NCBI GenBank assembly: GCA_963771465.1
Contig: CAVYTU010000014.1
Location: 128,001-192,000, forward strand
DNA length: 64,000 bases
Direction: 5' to 3'
Origin: an uncultured delta proteobacterium
GTDB lineage: Bacteria; Desulfobacterota; Binatia; UBA9968
The notes under the pieces are model-generated. The model saw only the letters and a list, made by a program, of their open reading frames with translations, searched no databases and was not told the DNA's origin. How positions within the stretch are numbered: the stretch's first letter is position 1; every line of letters begins with the position of its first letter. Shown here piece by piece: positions 50,729 to 60,171 of the stretch. The position numbers and the translations under genes are program-made.

Positions 50729-51252
50729 CGGGAAAATTGCTAAGGCAAAATTTCCGCACAGCAAGTGCTGCTAGGATCGACAGATAAAAAGAAGTTGCTG
50801 AAGAAATAAAAATGCCACGTAGCAAGGTCGCCGACTCTGGCCCGCTACCGCGCGCGACGATTGATCTGTACTGATGATTATGTTTGGCACGAATTCATTG
50901 GCGGGAGCGATGGCGATGGGAAACCGAAAAGCGGCGTGCAGTATGAGGAGAAATAACGCCCAATCTTGAACCGTGCTGACTTGCAAACAGGCGGCAACTT
51001 AAACGGCGAACCACTGGGACTCTATCGCGAAGGCGTTAATCGAGTTGTGCGCGGTGCATAAATGGCGATCGGAATCTGCATTTGGCCGTTGACCTGGCGA
51101 TGGTCAACGAGCCGCTCTTCTTGCTGGTGACAGACCGCGTCCATCCCAACGACGCCGGCTGAATCGCATTGCCGAAGGCGTCGCGCGTTAAAAACGATCC
51201 TGACACCGCGCTGAGCTCGTGTGAGAATTACAAGCCGGGCGGAACGGCAAAG

Positions 51253-51597
51253 CTAGTTTGCAACCGAGGCCGGGGCGATTTCAACCCGAAGTGAGAATAT
51301 TCTTTTTTCGGCGCGTGGAATCGCGCCCACCCCGACACTCTGGCGCGAGATAAGTTTACCGCTCTCATCGCGCACTTCCATCAAGACGAAATATTCCAAC
51401 ACTTCATTTTCACTGGAATTCTTGAGCGCGCCTTCCACCAGAAGCGCGCAGCGCTTTGGCTGAGCGCTTGGCGCCGCGCCGATGGAAACAAAACGCAGGT
51501 TATGACGGCAGAGCGGACAGGACGCCGCGCTTTTGAGAATCGTCGCCTGGCAGTGCGGACAGCTCCGTGATTCGCCCGCTACCGATACGGCTTTCAT
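51253..51597 (-). CDS. Hypothetical protein with N-terminal double zinc ribbon
   Basis: CPHC...CPLC; ATGA overlap with the upstream bactofilin stop. Confidence 0.7.
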   Translation of the reverse strand: MKAVSVAGESRSCPHCQATILKSAASCPLCRHNLRFVSIGAAPSAQPKRCALLVEGALKNSSENEVLEYFVLMEVRDESGKLISRQSVGVGAIPRAEKRIFSLRVEIAPASVAN

Positions 51598-52130
51598 CCC
51601 GCAGCTCCAGCTTTGTCTTTCGGCTGGGCTTGGCCATTGAACTTGGTGGCCTCGGTTGGGCTCCAGCCAAACTCGACATTGCCGCGCATCCGCGATCCCG
51701 CCGCCACGGTCAGCGTCGCGGCCTTGAGATCGCCGATCAGTTGGCCGCCTTCTAGGAGCTTTACCTGCGCACTGGCCACGATGTTGCCATCGACTTCGCC
51801 ACCGATGGTTACGTTGGCAGCGTCAATTTTGGCCGCGACGTGAGCGCCCTTCTCAACGCTAAAGTCGCCTTTGATATGAATGTCGCCTTTGAATTTGCCG
51901 GCGACATGCACGTCGGCGTCACCTTCAATTTTACCCTCGATGGTCACTCCCGGACCGAACACCGAGTTGCGCCGATCCCTCGCTACGTTTTCCTTGGGCG
52001 ACGCGATCGGAGTAACCGGCGTAACCGATGTAACCGGGGTAGAAATTACTGGCGCGGCACTCGATATCGGCTGCGAGGGTTGCGCTTTGTCGTTGCTTCC
52101 CTCTTGCGCGGGCTGGTTCCACAATGCCAT
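51594..52130 (-). CDS. Bactofilin (polymer-forming cytoskeletal protein)
   Basis: SVFGPGVTIEGKIEG...GKFKGDI...GEVDGNI...LIGDL beta-helix pattern; SD AGGAGG. Confidence 0.9.
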   Translation of the reverse strand: MALWNQPAQEGSNDKAQPSQPISSAAPVISTPVTSVTPVTPIASPKENVARDRRNSVFGPGVTIEGKIEGDADVHVAGKFKGDIHIKGDFSVEKGAHVAAKIDAANVTIGGEVDGNIVASAQVKLLEGGQLIGDLKAATLTVAAGSRMRGNVEFGWSPTEATKFNGQAQPKDKAGAAG

Positions 52131-52205
52131 TGGTAAATTCCTCCTGTCTAAGTTTTGCGGAGTTCTTGACGGTGATAAGCTTCCGAGTCAAATAGAGAAA
52201 AAAGC

Positions 52206-52222
52206 AGCAAGGGCAATGCCAG
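52206..52222 (-). promoter_or_regulatory. Putative sigma54 (-24/-12) promoter of the bactofilin operon
   Basis: Minus strand CTGGCATTGCCCTTGCT, i.e. GG-N10-GC with TGGCA/TTGCT consensus, 76 nt upstream of the ATG. Confidence 0.65.
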
Positions 52223-52472
52223 AATCAACTCGGAAGAAATAAATCTTCGTTAAATGCGATCAATTCTTCGCTTGTGCGATATTTGTCAACGAACACAGGC
52301 TCGTGTCCTAACCCAAGCCAATCAATTTCGCTGATTCGAATCGCCAACTACTCCGTTCCGTGTTGGAATCACCTTCACTGTCAGTGAAAAACTGCACCCA
52401 GACCGAAGGTGATTGCAGACAGAGTGCCATTGAAGCGATGCGGCCGATCCAATTCGTGGGCGATCAAGACAA

Positions 52473-53420
52473 CTATTTCTGCCCCATTTCCGCCATCGCT
52501 TCGTTGGCGAAGCGCAGGTCCATGTATTCGGAAGGCTTGCGCTTCGGCTTGATGTTCAGCGCGATCGCTTGCCACTGCGCCATCAACTCCACGCCTTTTT
52601 CCGTCGGCACTGGCACCAGCGCTTCGCGGATCATTTGATAGGCGTCGTGGGCCGCATCGCGGTCTAGGCCGAGACGCTTCATCGCGATTTGCATCGCATC
52701 CTCCGGATTGTCGCGGGTGTGCAGCACCGAGCGCACGATGGCGCGCACCATCCGTCTGACCATCTGCGGATTCTCCTTGATCGTGCGGCTATGCGCCGCC
52801 AGACCCGTGAACGCCGTATCCTTGAAAACATCGGCGAGACTGACGAGCCGTTTCAATCCCGCTTTCATCGCCAGATAGTCCGCCGGCGGTGCCAGCAAAG
52901 CGCCGGAGATGATTCCCTGTTTCATCGCCGCGATCTTCGGTTCGTTGCCCGGCAGACTTATATACTCAACGTCCTTGTCGGGATTGATCTTGTTGAGTTC
53001 TAGCAACGCTTTGGTTCCCGCCGCCGTCGAGCCGCCGAAGGTTACGCCGAGTTTCTTACCCTTGAGATCGGCGATCTTTTGAATGTCCGGGGTCACCACC
53101 AGGGAAAACGTCGGCCGGCCAACTTGCTGCGCCAGAATCATGATGTCGTTGCCTTCCCACACTGCCGGCATTTGCGGTCCGATGGAAAAAATAAAATGGA
53201 TCTGATTGGCGATCAGCGCCTGCACCGCGGTGGCGGCTCCGCGGACGAAGATCAACTCCAAGTCCAGCCCCTCTCGCTTATAGAACCCGCGCTCCGCCGC
53301 CACCATCATGGGAAGGATTTGAATGCTCGGCGAAGGGAACGCGCCGCGCACCGCCTGGCCTTGAGCCCTATCGAAGTTAAGGAAAAGAACAACTAGTGAA
53401 ACAATTGTCATTCGCCACAT
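52473..53420 (-). CDS. ABC transporter substrate-binding protein, NMT1/SsuA-like
   Basis: Signal peptide; GFYKREGLDLE and DLKGKKLGV motifs. Confidence 0.88.
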   Translation of the reverse strand: MWRMTIVSLVVLFLNFDRAQGQAVRGAFPSPSIQILPMMVAAERGFYKREGLDLELIFVRGAATAVQALIANQIHFIFSIGPQMPAVWEGNDIMILAQQVGRPTFSLVVTPDIQKIADLKGKKLGVTFGGSTAAGTKALLELNKINPDKDVEYISLPGNEPKIAAMKQGIISGALLAPPADYLAMKAGLKRLVSLADVFKDTAFTGLAAHSRTIKENPQMVRRMVRAIVRSVLHTRDNPEDAMQIAMKRLGLDRDAAHDAYQMIREALVPVPTEKGVELMAQWQAIALNIKPKRKPSEYMDLRFANEAMAEMGQK

Positions 53421-53621
53421 AAGTTCACTTCTCGCACCTAGGTCTCAATAAAGCGATTACGGACCGGCGTCAAGAATAATCTCGCCGAGCTTGGATAATT
53501 TCTCATCAGCAACTTTGCGCCTTGGCATCTTTGCTCCATATCATCCGATCTTTGGCCTGGAACGAATTGACTTGCGGCTGCCAACCGCGCTAACTGTCAG
53601 GCCATTCTTAGGAGGTGCAAT

Positions 53622-54710
53622 CTGAAGATAACCAATGTCAAAGCATCGCTTCATCGCGTGCCGGTCGAAGTGCCGCTGCTCAAAGAACCCATTGTCACGT
53701 CGGTCCTGTTCGTCGCAGTCGAAACCGATACCGGCATCACCGGCTACGGCCTCACGCGCGGCTCGCAGCGGTTTGCCATGAAGGAATTTATCAACCGCGA
53801 GGCCGGGCCATTCTTAAAAGATAAGAGTCCTCTGGAGACCGAGCGCGTTTGGAACCAGTTGCTCAAACAATTCAACGCGCGCGTCCAGACCGGCATGTGG
53901 AGCTCGGCGGTGAGCGCCATCGACATCGCGCTCTGGGATATCAAGGGCAAACATTACAAAGAGCCGGTCTGGCGTCTGCTCGGCGGCGCGCAGAATCCGG
54001 TGCAAGCCTACGTCACCTTCGGACTTAGGCACTACACCAAAGAGCAGTTGATCGAAGTCGCCAAGCAATTGGTCAAGCAGGGCGAGACGCGCTTGAAGAT
54101 GGTCGTCGCCGTCGATCCGGAGAATCCTCGCATCGACGCCGAACGGGTCAAAGCCGTGCGCAAAGCGGTCGGCGATGAAGTCGAGCTGATGATCGACGCC
54201 AATTACATGTTCTCATTTAATCGCGCGCTCGAATTGTGCAAGCTGCTCGAACCCTATCACATCACCTGGTTCGAAGAGCCGGTTTATCAAAACGACGCTC
54301 TGCTGCTCGCCGACCTGCGCCGCCACACCAGCATTCCCATCGCCGCCGGACAAAACGAAGGCCACCGTTTTCGCCATAGAGAATTAATCGCCAACCATGC
54401 CGTCGACATCGCCCAGCCCAATGTCTGCTCCGTCGGCGGCTATACGGAAGCCGTAAAAGTCGCCGCGCTGGCACAGGCTTTTAATCTACCGATCGCCAAC
54501 GGCGGCGGCTGGCCGCATCACAACATGCATCTGCAAGCCGCGATGGCCAACGGCTGGCGCGTCGAGTTTCATTTTGAAATGTGGGGCGTCGGCGACAAGA
54601 TCTATAAAGAACCGCCCGCGCCGGTCAATGGCTGGGTAACGTTGCCCGACACCCCCGGCTTGGGTCTCGAACCCCGCTTCGATGCGCTCAAAGAGTTTGA
54701 AGAGAAGTGA
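53622..54710 (+). CDS. Mandelate racemase/muconate lactonizing enzyme (enolase superfamily) protein; probable CTG start
   Basis: SAIDIALWDIKGK, LMIDAN, WFEEP and AAGQN motifs. In-frame CTG-AAG-ATA-ACC (MKIT-like N-terminus) lies 6 nt after AGGAGG. Confidence 0.88.
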   Translation: MKITNVKASLHRVPVEVPLLKEPIVTSVLFVAVETDTGITGYGLTRGSQRFAMKEFINREAGPFLKDKSPLETERVWNQLLKQFNARVQTGMWSSAVSAIDIALWDIKGKHYKEPVWRLLGGAQNPVQAYVTFGLRHYTKEQLIEVAKQLVKQGETRLKMVVAVDPENPRIDAERVKAVRKAVGDEVELMIDANYMFSFNRALELCKLLEPYHITWFEEPVYQNDALLLADLRRHTSIPIAAGQNEGHRFRHRELIANHAVDIAQPNVCSVGGYTEAVKVAALAQAFNLPIANGGGWPHHNMHLQAAMANGWRVEFHFEMWGVGDKIYKEPPAPVNGWVTLPDTPGLGLEPRFDALKEFEEK

Positions 54711-54746
54711 AGCAGGCAATAGACAAGAGTAGAAAAGTAAAAGCCG

Positions 54747-55737
54747 ATGAGCAAAAAAATCTTTGCACTCGCTCTAAGCGCTATGTTCTTGGCTCTTAGC
54801 ATCCCCACTGCAGGCTCAGCAGCCGACGAAAGTCCCGCGGATAGGATACCTAGCTGCTTCCGCCCTTTCCGCTAACGCGAGCCGCTATGGAGGCATTCCG
54901 GCAAGGTCTGCGCGAGCTTGGCTACGTCGAGGGAAGGAACATTGTCATTGAGTGGCGATACACAGATGGAAAAAATGGATCGCCTGCCCGCGTTCGCGGC
55001 CGAGCTAGTGCGTCTCAAGGTCGACATCATCGTCATCGGGCGGTCCGATACCAACCCGTGCCGCTAAGGAAGCAACCTCCACGATTCCCATTGTTATGAC
55101 CCAGATAGCGATCCTGTTGCCAACGGGTTCGTCGCTAGCCTTGCGCGGCCTGGTGGAAATATCACTGGATTATCAACCCTCGCGCCGGAGCTAAGCGGCA
55201 AGCAACTCGAGCTTTTAAAGGAGATCGTTCCTAAGCTTTCCCGCGTGGCCTTCTTTGGGACTTCAACGTTCCCGGGCAACGCACAAATGTTACAAGAGAT
55301 GGAACTCGCCGCAGGGGCATTAGGAGTAAAGCTTCAATATGTAGACGTACTGGATCCCAAAGATATCGCGACCGCATTCCGAGCCGCGGGCAAGGGGCGG
55401 GCTGATGCAGTCCTTTTTTTGGTGGCCGGCGCTGTCGCTGGTTCGCATCGAACAGAGATATTACAACTCGCTGTAAAGAACCGGCTTCCGGCGATGTACT
55501 TCAGGCAGGAATATGTAGAAGAAGGCGGACTTATGACCTACGGTCGCGAGATACACCGATTTGGACCGGCGCGCCGCTACGTATGTGGACAAGATTCTAA
55601 AAGGCAGGACGCCCGCAGACCTTCCCGTCGAGCAGCCGATGAAGTTCGAGTTCATCATCAATCTGAAAGCCGCCAAGCAGATCGGCCTGACGATTCCGCC
55701 GAATGTTTTGGTGCGGGCGGATAAGGTGATCAGATAA
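54747..55737 (+). pseudogene. ABC_sub_bind-type substrate-binding protein with multiple frameshifts
   Basis: Fragments AFRQGLRELGYVEGRNIVIEWR, SLARPGGNITG, LELLKEIVP and [28 protein letters not shown] lie in several different frames. Confidence 0.8.
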
Positions 55738-55923
55738 GGCAACATGCAGAAAAAGTTACTCTGAGTTAGTCCGACGATACGATCGTTGAAGCAGTTCGTG
55801 ATATTCGTCCTTTTCGGCCTCGCCCTAGCATCGCCTTGACGGTTTGGCCTTACCGTATTAGTAACTATCAAGCTCGATTTGACCCGCAATTGTGCTCGCA
55901 ATCGGCGCCCAGGAGGAGAGCGA

Positions 55924-57012
55924 ATGAAAGCCGAACGGCAAACTGAAGTGTTACGCGAAGCGTTCCACGAACGCATGCACGCCAACCACATGTACGGCCT
56001 ATGGGAACTGGCCAGTCAGATGACGGCGCAGCCACAGCCGAAGATGATCGCGCATATGTGGCCGTGGTCGACGTTGGAGCCGATCATCACTCAATCCACC
56101 AGCGCGGTGCCGGTCGGCGACGAGCGGCGCGCATTGCAGTTGTTTAATCCCGGCCTCGGCGGCCGCTGGGCGACGACGAACAATCTGATCGCCGCGGTGC
56201 AAGTGCTCCTGCCCGGCGAAGTCGCCCGCGCGCACCGCCATACGCCGACGGCGATCCGCTTCATCATCGAAGGCACCGGCGCCTACACCGCCGTCGACGG
56301 CGAACGTGTTTACATGGCGCCCGGCGATTTGATTCTTACGCCGAGCTGGTCTTGGCACGATCACGGCAACGAAACTAAACAGCGCGTGGTCTGGATGGAT
56401 GGCTTGGACATCCCGCTGATCGCGTCGCTGGAGGCGATGTTTTTTCAGTTCTATTCTCAGCCGCAAGTAGCGGCGAGCCGCCCGGCCAATACGTCGAAGG
56501 CATTGTTCGGCGAAGGACAACTGAGTCCTACTTGGATCAAAGAAAATTCCAAGACTTCGCCGCTGCTACTTTATTCATGGGAACAAACCTCGGCCGCGCT
56601 CAATGCCTTGCGCAAACACGATGGCAGCCCGTTCGACGGCATCGCGCTGGAATACCGCCACCCGCAAACCGGCGGGTCGGTCATGCCGACGATGGCGTGC
56701 TGCGCGCAGATGCTCCGGCCCAACGAACAAACCAAGGCCCATCGCCACACCGGCAGCGCGGTCTACTACGTCGTCAAAGGCGAAGGCATGACGATCATCG
56801 ACGGTACAAAGTTCACTTGGCGCAAAGGCGACATTATCGCATTGCCGCCCTGGGCGGTGCATGAACACGCCAATAGCTCGGGGCTGGAAGACGCCGTCCT
56901 GTTTTCAATCCAAGACGCGCCGGTGCTGAACGCTCTCGGATTGTTTTATCAAGAAGAATACAGCGAAAACGGCGGACGGCAGAAAGTGACGTCGGCCTTT
57001 GAACCAAAGTAG
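55924..57012 (+). CDS. Gentisate 1,2-dioxygenase-like bicupin
   Basis: ERRALQLFNPGL, AHRHTPTAIRF, TPSWSWHDH, WMDGLDIPL and HRHTGS motifs; SD AGGAG. Confidence 0.9.
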   Translation: MKAERQTEVLREAFHERMHANHMYGLWELASQMTAQPQPKMIAHMWPWSTLEPIITQSTSAVPVGDERRALQLFNPGLGGRWATTNNLIAAVQVLLPGEVARAHRHTPTAIRFIIEGTGAYTAVDGERVYMAPGDLILTPSWSWHDHGNETKQRVVWMDGLDIPLIASLEAMFFQFYSQPQVAASRPANTSKALFGEGQLSPTWIKENSKTSPLLLYSWEQTSAALNALRKHDGSPFDGIALEYRHPQTGGSVMPTMACCAQMLRPNEQTKAHRHTGSAVYYVVKGEGMTIIDGTKFTWRKGDIIALPPWAVHEHANSSGLEDAVLFSIQDAPVLNALGLFYQEEYSENGGRQKVTSAFEPK

Positions 57013-57128
57013 TGGTGGCTGTTACCAGCGAAGCGCAGATAATGGCATCACCACGAAGAACACGAAGTTCGAAGTTTAATTATTTAAAACCGTCGTATCC
57101 TTTCGTGATCTTTGCGGGGAATAGATCA

Positions 57129-58037
57129 TCACAAATTCCGCGCTTGCTTCACTTCTTCCAACTCCTCCAAACTCCGCGGCCAGTCGGCTTTGAGCAATCG
57201 CGATAGTGAGCGATCCGCGAGCAGCTTGCCGCCGGTCTGGCATTTGGCGCAATAGTTGGTCTCGTTTTCCGCATAAACGATGCGCTGCACCGGCGCGCCG
57301 CACACCGGACATGGCTTGCGGTACTTGCCGTGCACCGCCATATCATCGCGAAACGCCGTGACGCGCTCGGGAAAGTTTTTGCCGGCTTCTTTGCGCAGAC
57401 GCTCGATCCAATCGCGCAAACATTCCTCGGTGGCGCGAAAAAGCGTTGCGATTTCAGCATCGCTCAACAGCTTGGACTGTTTCACCGGCGACAATTTCGC
57501 GCGATGCAGAATCTCATCCGAGTAAGCGTTGCCGATGCCGCTAAACACATGGGGATCGGTCAGGATACGCTTGAGGGTGTGGTTCTCCCGCGTCAGCGCG
57601 GCGCGAAAAGCTTTCAAGTCGGCGGCGAATATTTCTAATCCGCGCGGATCGTGCTCCATCAAACTCTCCCGGCCCTTAACCAGATGGAGCGACGCCCGCT
57701 TTTTGGTTCCCATCTCAGTAAGCAGCAACGTCCCGGTCGGAAAATCGAACGCCGCATGACCGTATTTGCGCGGCACGGCGATGCCGCGTTTCTTCCAGTG
57801 AAAACGGCCCGTGATCATCAAGTGGAAAACCAGAAAGAGATCGTCTTCAAGGTCAAAGACGATGCGCTTGCCGATGCGCTGGAAGCCGCGAATTGTTTTC
57901 CTCTCCGCCGAAAGAATCGGCGGCTCGAAAGAACGCAGCAAGAATGGACTGGCGAGCCGAATTTTCTCCAGCGGCTGATTGAGTAAGCGCGCTTCCAGCG
58001 CTTCGATGTAGATCGTGATATCCGGTAGCTCGGGCAT
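57129..58037 (-). CDS. Fpg/Nei family DNA glycosylase/AP lyase
   Basis: N-terminal MPELPD, HLMITG, H2TH GIGNAYSDEIL and zinc finger CPVC...YCAKCQ. Confidence 0.93.
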   Translation of the reverse strand: MPELPDITIYIEALEARLLNQPLEKIRLASPFLLRSFEPPILSAERKTIRGFQRIGKRIVFDLEDDLFLVFHLMITGRFHWKKRGIAVPRKYGHAAFDFPTGTLLLTEMGTKKRASLHLVKGRESLMEHDPRGLEIFAADLKAFRAALTRENHTLKRILTDPHVFSGIGNAYSDEILHRAKLSPVKQSKLLSDAEIATLFRATEECLRDWIERLRKEAGKNFPERVTAFRDDMAVHGKYRKPCPVCGAPVQRIVYAENETNYCAKCQTGGKLLADRSLSRLLKADWPRSLEELEEVKQARNL

Positions 58038-58053
58038 GTGGGTGGGAATGGGT

Positions 58054-58131
58054 CGAGGATGGAGGATAGAAGATGGAGGATGGCAATTTCCCGATCCATC
58101 GATCCTCAATCATCCATCCTCGATCCTCGAT
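58054..58131. repeat. Intergenic palindrome built from 7-nt GGAGGAT/ATCCTCG-like units
   Basis: CGAGGAT-GGAGGAT-AGAAGAT-GGAGGAT arm and ATCCTCA-ATCATCC-ATCCTCG-ATCCTCG arm; a half copy occurs at 2260-2288. Confidence 0.7.
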
Positions 58132-58157
58132 CTTTTTGCGCCTTGCGTTCTTTGCGG

Positions 58158-59579
58158 CTAATTCCGAATCCCCTCTTCCCGCAGCGTCAGAAACTCCTTG
58201 GCCTGCATCGGGAACAACACGCCCAAGAGCAGATCTTCGTCGCACTTCGCCAGCGGCCCCAAGTCTTTAATCGCTTTCTCCCAATCGGCCGGATCGGCCA
58301 TCTCGCCGGAGCGCAACGAATAATCCGGCTCCTTATCTTTCATGATCTTTTTGACCAAATCCTTGTTCACCGTGCCCGGCGGCCGGCCGTATTTTCCCTT
58401 GACGTAATCGCTCGTCTCTTTCGTAACAATCTTGTAGCGCTCGCCGGCGAGAACGTTGAGCACCGCCTGCACGCCGACGATCTGGCTGGTCGGCGTCAGC
58501 AGCGGCGGGTGGCCGAGATCTTTTTCGACGCTGGGCGTTTCTTTTAGCGCGGCGTCCATCAGATCCATCCGCTTGGCTTCCTTCAGTTGCGCCACCATGT
58601 TGGAAATCATGCCGCCGGGAACTTTGTGGATGAACACGTCGGCGCTCACGCCGGTGTAGCCGGTCTCGTATTTTTCATACTTCTCCTTGATCTGCCGCGT
58701 GATCTGCGCCGGCTCTTCGAGAACTTTTAAATCGATCCCGGTGTCGAACGGCGTTCCCGCCAATGACGCTACCATGCTTTCGGTCGCCGGATGGGCCGAG
58801 CCGAAAGATAGCGGCGAAAGCACCGTGTCGATCATATCGACGCCGGCCAAGATCGCCATCAAGTGGCACATGCTCGAGGTGCCGCCCATGTCGTGACAGT
58901 GGAGCAGCACCGGCAGCTTCCCCTTGGCGCGGTCTTTGATTCCTTTGACGATGCGGTACGCGTTGAACGGCGTCATGATCCCGGTGGCGTCTTTGAGCGA
59001 CAACCAGTCGGCGCCGACTTCGATCAACTGCTCGGCATACTCCATCCATTTTTCTAATGTATGAACGGGACTCACCGTGTAGTTGACCTCAACGTGCGCT
59101 TCGCCGCCGAATTCTTTGACCGCCTTGGTCGCGGTTTCGATGTTGCGAAAGTCATTGGTCGCCTCGAAGACGCGAAACACGTTGATGCCGTTGGCCACGG
59201 CGCGCTCGACGAATTTGTAGACGATCTTATCAGTGTAGGGCCGGTACGCGAGAATATGTTGGCCGCGCAAAAGCATCTGCAATTTGGTCTTCGGCATGAC
59301 GGACTTGATCCGTCTGAGACGTTCCCAAGGGTCTTCATTCAAGTAGCGCATGCAGACATCGAAAGTCGCGCCACCCCAAACTTCGACGGCGTAAAAGCCG
59401 CAGTTGTCGATGGATGCGCACAGCGGCAACAGATCGTCGGTCGTCACCCGTGTCGCCAACTTACACTGCTGCCCGTCACGCGGCGTCAGGTCGGTGATCT
59501 GCACGCGCCGGCTGCCCACCGGCTCGGTAAGCAACTTGTTCATATCGGCGGCAAGCTGAGCCAAAATCTCTTCACTCAT
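58158..59579 (-). CDS. Pyruvate/oxaloacetate carboxyltransferase subunit (PycB/OadA-like) without biotinyl domain
   Basis: RDGQQC, EVWGGATFD, EDPWERLR, QMLLRGQ, HCH, PGGMISN and LLTPTSQIVG motifs. Confidence 0.9.
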   Translation of the reverse strand: MSEEILAQLAADMNKLLTEPVGSRRVQITDLTPRDGQQCKLATRVTTDDLLPLCASIDNCGFYAVEVWGGATFDVCMRYLNEDPWERLRRIKSVMPKTKLQMLLRGQHILAYRPYTDKIVYKFVERAVANGINVFRVFEATNDFRNIETATKAVKEFGGEAHVEVNYTVSPVHTLEKWMEYAEQLIEVGADWLSLKDATGIMTPFNAYRIVKGIKDRAKGKLPVLLHCHDMGGTSSMCHLMAILAGVDMIDTVLSPLSFGSAHPATESMVASLAGTPFDTGIDLKVLEEPAQITRQIKEKYEKYETGYTGVSADVFIHKVPGGMISNMVAQLKEAKRMDLMDAALKETPSVEKDLGHPPLLTPTSQIVGVQAVLNVLAGERYKIVTKETSDYVKGKYGRPPGTVNKDLVKKIMKDKEPDYSLRSGEMADPADWEKAIKDLGPLAKCDEDLLLGVLFPMQAKEFLTLREEGIRN

Positions 59580-59808
59580 GGAACTTCTCCCTATCCGAAA
59601 TTGTCACGACCGATAATTCGCTTGCACCGTTTATAGGCCATTTCCACCGCGCCAGTAAAGACTCGAAGCAGAGTTCACCGCGGCGGCGCAGCGGACGTCG
59701 AGGAGAGCAAGCAATATGCTCTGCACCTCTGCGGTGAATTCTATTTTCCGTTTGGTTCGTGGCTTTCCCGCCTTGCTTTTCCCAGGCGATTCTCCTACAA
59801 ACCGGCTG

Positions 59809-60156
59809 ATGAAGATCGTCAGACTTTACACCGGAGCCGACAACGAATCGCACTTCGAAGACGTCGAAGTTGAGCTACATCCGATCCGCGACATGGCGGC
59901 ATCGGTGCTGCAACCGACGCATGGGATCATGTTCCGTTTTGCCTCGCCGACTCATTTGAGCAACTATCATCCCGCACCCCGACGGCAATATGTGATCACG
60001 CTGTCGGGGCAAGTCGAGATCGAAACCGGCGACGGCACGATTCGCCGCTTCGGCGCAGGCGACGTAATGCTCGCCGAAGACACCACCGGCCGCGGCCACA
60101 TCACCCGAGTCGTCGGCGGCCAACCACGGCACTATCTTTTCATTCCGTTGAAATAG
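59809..60156 (+). CDS. Small cupin-fold protein
   Basis: RLYTGADNESHF, HPAPRRQYVITLSG and LAEDTTGRGH motifs. Confidence 0.85.
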   Translation: MKIVRLYTGADNESHFEDVEVELHPIRDMAASVLQPTHGIMFRFASPTHLSNYHPAPRRQYVITLSGQVEIETGDGTIRRFGAGDVMLAEDTTGRGHITRVVGGQPRHYLFIPLK

Positions 60157-60171
60157 GAATCTCCCCTAAGT

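Noticed and set aside
50771-51250. 71-aa ORF and surrounding intergenic sequence
   Set aside because: No SD, motif or convincing structure; cannot be supported.
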